Source of the DNA: a virus
Taxonomy: Duplodnaviria; Caudoviricetes
Reading direction: 5' to 3' (one strand)
IMG/VR virus record: IMGVR_UViG_3300017761_002393
Span: 1-43,361 of that record
Length of the DNA stretch: 43,361 nucleotides
Position numbers and translations under genes: made by a program. This document shows positions 38,186-43,361 of the stretch, one piece after another. The notes below the pieces were generated by a model, which was not told the DNA's origin, made no database searches, and was given only the letters and a program-made list of their open reading frames with translations. Numbering within the stretch: position 1 is the first letter of the stretch; each line of letters starts with the position of its first letter.

Positions 38186-39316
38186 TTAAGCAGTGAAGAC
38201 CTTGCAAATTGCCTGGTCTGTGATTACGCCAAGACCCCAAATTGCATACCAAGCAAGAGCGTGCTCACGACCGAAGTCAAGAACGCCACCATCGCGAAGT
38301 TCAACTGGAAGGGAAATTGCGTGACCGAATGCGTTGTCACCAATCATGATTGACTCGTAGACAGTTACTCCTGCAGCCACAGTTCCGCCAGATGAACCAG
38401 CAGGGTTTGGTGAAGTTGAACCTGTTGGGTTTCCACCTGAACCTGGGTTTGTATTGGCCTTTACTGGAACTTCAGTCTGGTCAGCAGGTGCACCAACATT
38501 TGCAGTCTCATTAACAACTGCTGCTGCTGCGTATGACTTAACCTGAGTTGTTTCGATGAATACTACGTCGTATAGACGACCGATTTCACCTAGCATGAAG
38601 TTTCCTGGAGCAGCGTACTTTGTAACTTCGATGAACTCTGGGTTCGAACGAATGTCACGTGACTGCTTTGGATTGATGAACATTACGTATGTCTCACCTA
38701 AGCGAGGAATGTTCTTTGAAGCAAGGGTAAGTGCAGCATCCTTGACAGAACCAGTAGTCAACTTGTGGTTGGCTGTGATGGTTGAGATTGATGTTGCCTT
38801 TGAGCCTTCGTCGTAGAATGACTGTGACCCTGCTGATACGCCTGTACGGTCGTAACCAAATACTGCAGATGTTGCAGCACCTAATGTGTTACGTGCCTGT
38901 ACATCTAGGTACTGTGCCATGTGGCGACCTAGAAGACGTGAAGATGATGCCATAACGTCATCGAATGATGCGTTAAGAAGTAGTTCAGAAACTGCTACTG
39001 CGTAGCCGTGTTCTGCAACTGTGATTGCAATTTGTTCTGCTGTAAGAGCGTTTGTTGTTAGACGTACACCTTCTGTAAGTGGTGATGGGTCTACAGCAAA
39101 GTTCTTGTAACGTAGGAAGTTCACACGAAGACCAGGTGCTACACCTAGTTCAGTCTTCTTAACTGCAAACTGCTCGAAACGCAGAATTGGCATTGCTTGA
39201 AATAGAATTTCTTTAGACCAGATGGTCTGAATTGCTGTGGATAGGCTGGAGTTTGAACCACTATAAGCGGTAGGTGCTCCTGCTAATTCACTGGTGCCTG
39301 TAATCGCTGATGCCAT
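38186..39316 (-). CDS. Major capsid protein (N4-gp56 family, HK97 fold)
   Basis: IQTIWSKEILFQAMPILRFEQFA...LTEGV...EHGYAVAVSE...GEIGRLYDVVFIET...DFGREHALAWYAIWG. Confidence 0.92.
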   Translation of the reverse strand: MASAITGTSELAGAPTAYSGSNSSLSTAIQTIWSKEILFQAMPILRFEQFAVKKTELGVAPGLRVNFLRYKNFAVDPSPLTEGVRLTTNALTAEQIAITVAEHGYAVAVSELLLNASFDDVMASSSRLLGRHMAQYLDVQARNTLGAATSAVFGYDRTGVSAGSQSFYDEGSKATSISTITANHKLTTGSVKDAALTLASKNIPRLGETYVMFINPKQSRDIRSNPEFIEVTKYAAPGNFMLGEIGRLYDVVFIETTQVKSYAAAAVVNETANVGAPADQTEVPVKANTNPGSGGNPTGSTSPNPAGSSGGTVAAGVTVYESIMIGDNAFGHAISLPVELRDGGVLDFGREHALAWYAIWGLGVITDQAICKVFTA

Positions 39317-39365
39317 GTTGGTATCAGTCCTTTCTAGTTAGTTGGATAATTTAGTTTGTTTGGTT

Positions 39366-40124
39366 TTACCCGAACAGTCCCTTACCACGATTACCTGCTG
39401 CTTCGCCAAGTAGTTTGGCTCGTTGCTTCGCGTAATCCGCCAATGACATTTCCCGAATACTTTCGGGAGAGTACGAACGTTGTTCCGAATCATTATCGAG
39501 AGGTCCTGATGCAGGAGACGTAATACGTGTTCCTGCCATTTCTCTGCGAGTAGACTGTAAAGCCTGCTGTGCAGAGTCGAGAATACGAGCAGATTTATCT
39601 TTCAATGACGCGATGCTCTGCTCGATTTCATCACGGTTGTTACCCTCAATCAAATCAATGAGTTCAGGAATTACGTTTTCACGCTCCTGCTCAATTCTTT
39701 GTTGACGATACTGCATTACTTCTTGAAAATGTTTTTCTTGCTCAAGTAGAGCAAAGGCACGTTCTCTTTCGAGACGCTCTGCTTCTAACTGAGTCTGAAA
39801 TTCTTTTTCCTTTTTTTCTAGAAGTTGACGGATGTCCATGTCTGCTTCTAGTTTCTTTTCCTCAAGTTCAGCCTGCTGTTGACGAGCAATTTCTTCTTGC
39901 TCTGCCTTCTCATCGCGCTCCTTCTTCAAGGTAGCAAGTTCTTCTTTTAGTTTTTCCATTTGCGGATACAACTTTTCTTTCTCTTGTGCACGAGCACGAG
40001 ATAAGTCTTCGGCTGAAAAGCCAAAGTCAGTTGCTTCCTTAGAAGCCTTACTTTCCACGATAGGAGTAGCAGTCTCTTGCACTACTGACTCAATCTGTAC
40101 TTCTTGTACTTCAGTGTTTTCCAT
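39366..40124 (-). CDS. Capsid scaffolding protein
   Basis: Glu/Lys/Arg coiled coil with a C-terminal IREMSLADYAKQRAKLLG, located between portal and capsid. The likely start is MENTEVQ at 40124. Confidence 0.8.
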   Translation of the reverse strand: MENTEVQEVQIESVVQETATPIVESKASKEATDFGFSAEDLSRARAQEKEKLYPQMEKLKEELATLKKERDEKAEQEEIARQQQAELEEKKLEADMDIRQLLEKKEKEFQTQLEAERLERERAFALLEQEKHFQEVMQYRQQRIEQERENVIPELIDLIEGNNRDEIEQSIASLKDKSARILDSAQQALQSTRREMAGTRITSPASGPLDNDSEQRSYSPESIREMSLADYAKQRAKLLGEAAGNRGKGLFG

Positions 40125-40255
40125 AGTAATTGCGTATCCGTTTCCTTGGTTATTGTCCGAATGCGGTTTTATCCGCGTGTCCCACATTTCTTACCTGATA
40201 ATTGCACAACATTTAGAGGTGTTTGTCAGGCTAAATCAGATTTTTCATCTGAAAT

Positions 40256-41995
40256 TTATTGGCTTCTATCTACTGCTCTTCTCTGCGGAATTTTCGTTCC
40301 ATAGGACTCGGTTAGCAGTTTGTTCCGAATATCCATCTCCATACCAGCCTCTGTCATAGCCATTTCTTGGGCAGCAGGGTCGGCAGCGTTTTCTGGGGTT
40401 GGAGCACCTGAGAGGTTATCTCCCATAATGTCGCCATCACCTAGTTGAGTAGGTTGCAGTGGAACTGCTCCATCTCCTCCAGGACCTGGCATCATTCCAG
40501 TCATATCTTGAATTTCTTTTTGAATCTGCACCTTTAACAAGGTTAGAGCACCATCTGAGAGTGCTTCCGCTTTAAGTTCTTCACGAATCTCTTGTAGTTT
40601 CTCTTCTGGGAACTCTTCTCCCAAAGTGCGTAGAGCACCTTCTTTAGACTCAAGACCCATGCCAAGTTTAGTTTGTACTTCGTTAAGGATAATTAACTTA
40701 TCTAGTGGAAGAGGAGGTGGGAACTGAACGCTGTTTTGATAGGTAAGAGAGTCGTTAGGGTCAAGTTTAACCATTTGACCTTCTTTGATTGGACCGTCTT
40801 CATCTGGGTTGTACATCATTGTTTCTGGCTCTTTAACTGCCAAGTTCAAAATAATAAGTTCGTTAATCTTCTCAAGGCCGATTCCATACTGGGCAGTCTT
40901 TTGAGTCCAACGATTCATAAGAGGCTGATACTGAATTGAAAGTGCAACACCCGAAGTATTTGAAATTGGTTGAACTTGACCAAGTGCTGTCTCTGGAACG
41001 TTCATTAACTCGTGCATAGAACGCTTTAATAGTTCTAGATACTTTAGAGCACCATCAATGCCTGCTCCGCCACCTTCAAGGTTAAATACCTGTGCGTCTT
41101 TAGGAAGACCGCCCCAAACTTTCTTAGGACCCTTCTCAAGGTTAGAAGCCTTTGCACCAACAATAACTGTCACAGGTGCAGCGTGGTAATTGATAATGTC
41201 TGCAACATCTGTTGAAATTTCATTGTATGCACGATTAATGGAAATAATGTCATGGCAATCAGGAAGACCCCAAGGTGAGCCAGCAACAGGGATATTTGCA
41301 ATATGTACAACTGGGATTGTTCCTAGAGGATTTGGACGAGAGTCAATAAGTTCATCGTTAATGTACTCTTCAATAAGGTCATCTGTAAGAATCTCAGTGT
41401 AAGTAAATACCTGTCTTGTTCCCTCTAAAGAAGTTCCCCAGAAACGATACTTCTGCTTAAACCTTAAAAGACGATTGCGGTCGTGGGGGTGAAACTCTGG
41501 GAATGAGAAAGATGAGTTAAGAGGAAGAACTCGAACCTTTCCTGGGTGTACTCGACCAACTGCATCAGTCCACGGTTCTTCATAGGCTACTTTTACAAAG
41601 CAATCTCCAGAGATTCCGCCTTGCTGTGCCATTTCTAAAAGAACTCTAGTTTTGTCGTTATCTACTTCCCATACTCGTTGCAAACGGTCTGGAACAATTG
41701 CTTCAGTTGCTTTAGGGCTGCGGAAACCAATTCCCTTGCCAAATGTAAATCTAGAAAGATAATCTGTAAATGCTCTGTAGTAGTTGACTGCAATTTGCAT
41801 TTCGCCTTGTTCACGGCGGTAACCCCAGTGATGACCTAAATACATCGCCCAGTTTAAAGAGTAGCGATTTAAACGCGGACCATGAACTTCAAATTCTTCG
41901 TCTGCTAGTTCTACTAAACCTAGGGGAGAAATTGAGATAGTTAAATCAGAGGAGGCTGCTCTGTATGAGGGAGGGGAAAAGTCAACAAAACTCAT
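40256..41995 (-). CDS. Portal protein (SPP1 gp6-like)
   Basis: NYYRAFTDYLSRFTFGKG...NPLGTIPVVHIAN...SNTSGVALSIQYQPL; size and position fit a portal. Confidence 0.9.
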   Translation of the reverse strand: MSFVDFSPPSYRAASSDLTISISPLGLVELADEEFEVHGPRLNRYSLNWAMYLGHHWGYRREQGEMQIAVNYYRAFTDYLSRFTFGKGIGFRSPKATEAIVPDRLQRVWEVDNDKTRVLLEMAQQGGISGDCFVKVAYEEPWTDAVGRVHPGKVRVLPLNSSFSFPEFHPHDRNRLLRFKQKYRFWGTSLEGTRQVFTYTEILTDDLIEEYINDELIDSRPNPLGTIPVVHIANIPVAGSPWGLPDCHDIISINRAYNEISTDVADIINYHAAPVTVIVGAKASNLEKGPKKVWGGLPKDAQVFNLEGGGAGIDGALKYLELLKRSMHELMNVPETALGQVQPISNTSGVALSIQYQPLMNRWTQKTAQYGIGLEKINELIILNLAVKEPETMMYNPDEDGPIKEGQMVKLDPNDSLTYQNSVQFPPPLPLDKLIILNEVQTKLGMGLESKEGALRTLGEEFPEEKLQEIREELKAEALSDGALTLLKVQIQKEIQDMTGMMPGPGGDGAVPLQPTQLGDGDIMGDNLSGAPTPENAADPAAQEMAMTEAGMEMDIRNKLLTESYGTKIPQRRAVDRSQ

Positions 41996-42004
41996 CGTAT
42001 GACC

Positions 42005-42286
42005 TTACTTAGTGTCACTCTTTTTTCCGCCCTTATCCTTTTTACGTTTCACGTCTTTTGCGTCTTTTTTAGTGCCACGTTCTTTTTGCAATTTTGCGAA
42101 CTGTTTTTCATTAAGTTTTTTTGTTATTTCTATAGGACTATTTGTGTCGGTAAATCTACCACCACTTTGAGTGTATCTCTCTCGAACCCAGTGACTTGCT
42201 GCAGGATTTGGGTAGGTTGAATACTTGGCTCTTGCTTGAGCAATTATCATTTCCCAAAGTTTTGGATTAGCAGGTTTTTCAGCCAC
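42005..42286 (-). CDS. Small basic protein (DUF5872-like) with Lys-rich tail
   Basis: PANPKLWEMIIAQARAKYSTYPNPAASHWVRERYTQSGGRF resembles the PxLY...AK.KF..YPSAYA...Y...GG pattern. Confidence 0.6.
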   Translation of the reverse strand: MAEKPANPKLWEMIIAQARAKYSTYPNPAASHWVRERYTQSGGRFTDTNSPIEITKKLNEKQFAKLQKERGTKKDAKDVKRKKDKGGKKSDTK

Positions 42287-42310
42287 AATTATTTCCTTTA
42301 CAACTTTGTT

Positions 42311-42333
42311 CCCCCTAGGACAATCCTAGGGGG
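42311..42333. promoter_or_regulatory. Intergenic hairpin
   Basis: CCCCCTAGGA-CAA-TCCTAGGGGG is a perfect 10-bp stem with no downstream U-tract on the minus strand. Confidence 0.5.
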
Positions 42334-42352
42334 TCAAAGACAAAAAACTCTT

Positions 42353-42748
42353 TTAGTCGTTTACTACGGTTGGGGAAGTACGTTGTGTACGTCCACCAGA
42401 GCGTGCAACAACCTCAGTCTTTTGTTCTGCATAGTCTGTGAAAGACCCGTGTGAGAACTCAGCAAGGAATGTTGGTGCTTCTGTCCATGCAGCAGAGCCA
42501 ACATGGGCACGTGCCTGCATAGTTTCTGCAGCAGTCTTTTGCCAGACTGGAGCATTACGGTTTGGACGACCTGCAGCAGCAGCAAAACCTTGCTGCATTC
42601 CTAGTTCAAAATCATTTGGAACATCAGTATCAGTTGCGATACCTTCTTCAAAACGAAGAGGACCACGACGTGATGCGTTTCCTGCCTCTTTCATTTCGTA
42701 AACATTTGAACCCTTTTCAGGGAACTGTGGGTTTGGTGCTAGTGTCAT
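42353..42748 (-). CDS. Hypothetical protein between terminase and portal (131 aa)
   Basis: Strong AAGGAG SD; RGPLRFEEGIATDTDVP...RAHVGSAAW. Confidence 0.75.
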   Translation of the reverse strand: MTLAPNPQFPEKGSNVYEMKEAGNASRRGPLRFEEGIATDTDVPNDFELGMQQGFAAAAGRPNRNAPVWQKTAAETMQARAHVGSAAWTEAPTFLAEFSHGSFTDYAEQKTEVVARSGGRTQRTSPTVVND

Positions 42749-42839
42749 TATGACTCCTTATAAGGTTAGTAAGACGGAATGGCCTATTCCAAAGATGATT
42801 TTCTCTGATTTTTTACGATAAGTAAGGGTTAACTCGCTT

Positions 42840-43361
42840 TTAATTTTTAGTAAAAAACGGACTGCTTGTTAAAACCACCTCTGGCATGACTAAATCCTTA
42901 GTCATAGCACAGGCAATAGAAAGGCTATCTACATAGTCATCATGGGCGTAAGACTCATCAGGGGCAGCCACAAGGAAGTTAGGTCCCTTGTATTGAACCT
43001 CAGCATCGACCATCTGTTGGTAAAACCTTTTCCACGTTCTTAATCGACGTGATTTTGCATGGGCAGGATAACCCAACATTTTTCTTTGAATTAATGCTTG
43101 AAGGTGTTTCCAACGTTGTGACTGCTCGGTAGCACTAGAGGTAATAGAAGCAACCTCTGCTCGTGGGAGTAAAAGTCTAAGACGCTGTGCAACAGCATCA
43201 CCAACACCGTTAGCGTCAACGCCAACAGCAAGTACATCGTAGTTAGAAAGAAAGTTAACTATTTGGAAGTATTGCTCTTCCCAGTCATCTCCTTGTAATT
43301 CCATCCAGTTTAAAACGCGATGCTCAAAGTAACCGAATTCATCTGGTCTATCCCAGTCAAC
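42840..43361 (-). CDS. terL: Terminase large subunit, C-terminal nuclease domain (5' truncated)
   Basis: The frame is open to the window edge (VDWDRPDEFGY...). VDANGVGD and HDDYVDSL are RNase H-like terminase motifs, and the gene is upstream of the portal. Confidence 0.85.
   Translation of the reverse strand, partial: VDWDRPDEFGYFEHRVLNWMELQGDDWEEQYFQIVNFLSNYDVLAVGVDANGVGDAVAQRLRLLLPRAEVASITSSATEQSQRWKHLQALIQRKMLGYPAHAKSRRLRTWKRFYQQMVDAEVQYKGPNFLVAAPDESYAHDDYVDSLSIACAMTKDLVMPEVVLTSSPFFTKN

Noticed and set aside
40125-40255. Possible structured ncRNA or tRNA in the portal-scaffold gap
   Set aside because: Only short hairpins (GCGG-N6-CCGC) are visible, with no cloverleaf or recognisable riboswitch. 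It is more likely a promoter or leader.

Overview
This 43.4-kb window is a fragment of a tailed dsDNA phage with a contractile tail (myovirus), and essentially all real genes lie on the minus strand. In transcription order (right to left) it contains: the terminase large subunit C-terminus, SPP1-type portal, scaffold and N4-gp56-type major capsid; a neck/adaptor gene; a ~15-kb block of head/neck appendage genes (two Gly-X-Thr collagen fibres, two large modular Gly-rich adhesin-like proteins, a methyltransferase and a GT2-TPR glycosyltransferase); a run of tiny Lys/Cys-rich genes; neck, tail terminator, sheath, tube, chaperone, and a tape measure with M23 and lytic transglycosylase domains; baseplate, spike and a fibre cassette; a holin-like gene; and the start of a replication module (HTH initiator with a likely internal origin, DnaC-like loader). 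An actinobacterial, possibly freshwater low-GC, host is inferred but not proven. The most striking observation is a 437-aa tail-region protein (5806..7119). Its 22 cysteines are mirror-symmetric about residue 237.5 (11 pair sums of 471-477), predicting a ~190-residue disulfide-laddered beta-hairpin needle, and it is co-encoded with a CxxC-rich small protein and a small chaperone-like protein. Other notable items are an intact amicyanin-type blue-copper site at a collagen fibre tip, a BclA-like collagen/glycosyltransferase/methyltransferase module, an unannotated metallothionein-like peptide and a candidate +1 frameshift in the tail chaperone. No database searches were run; family calls come from motif recognition.
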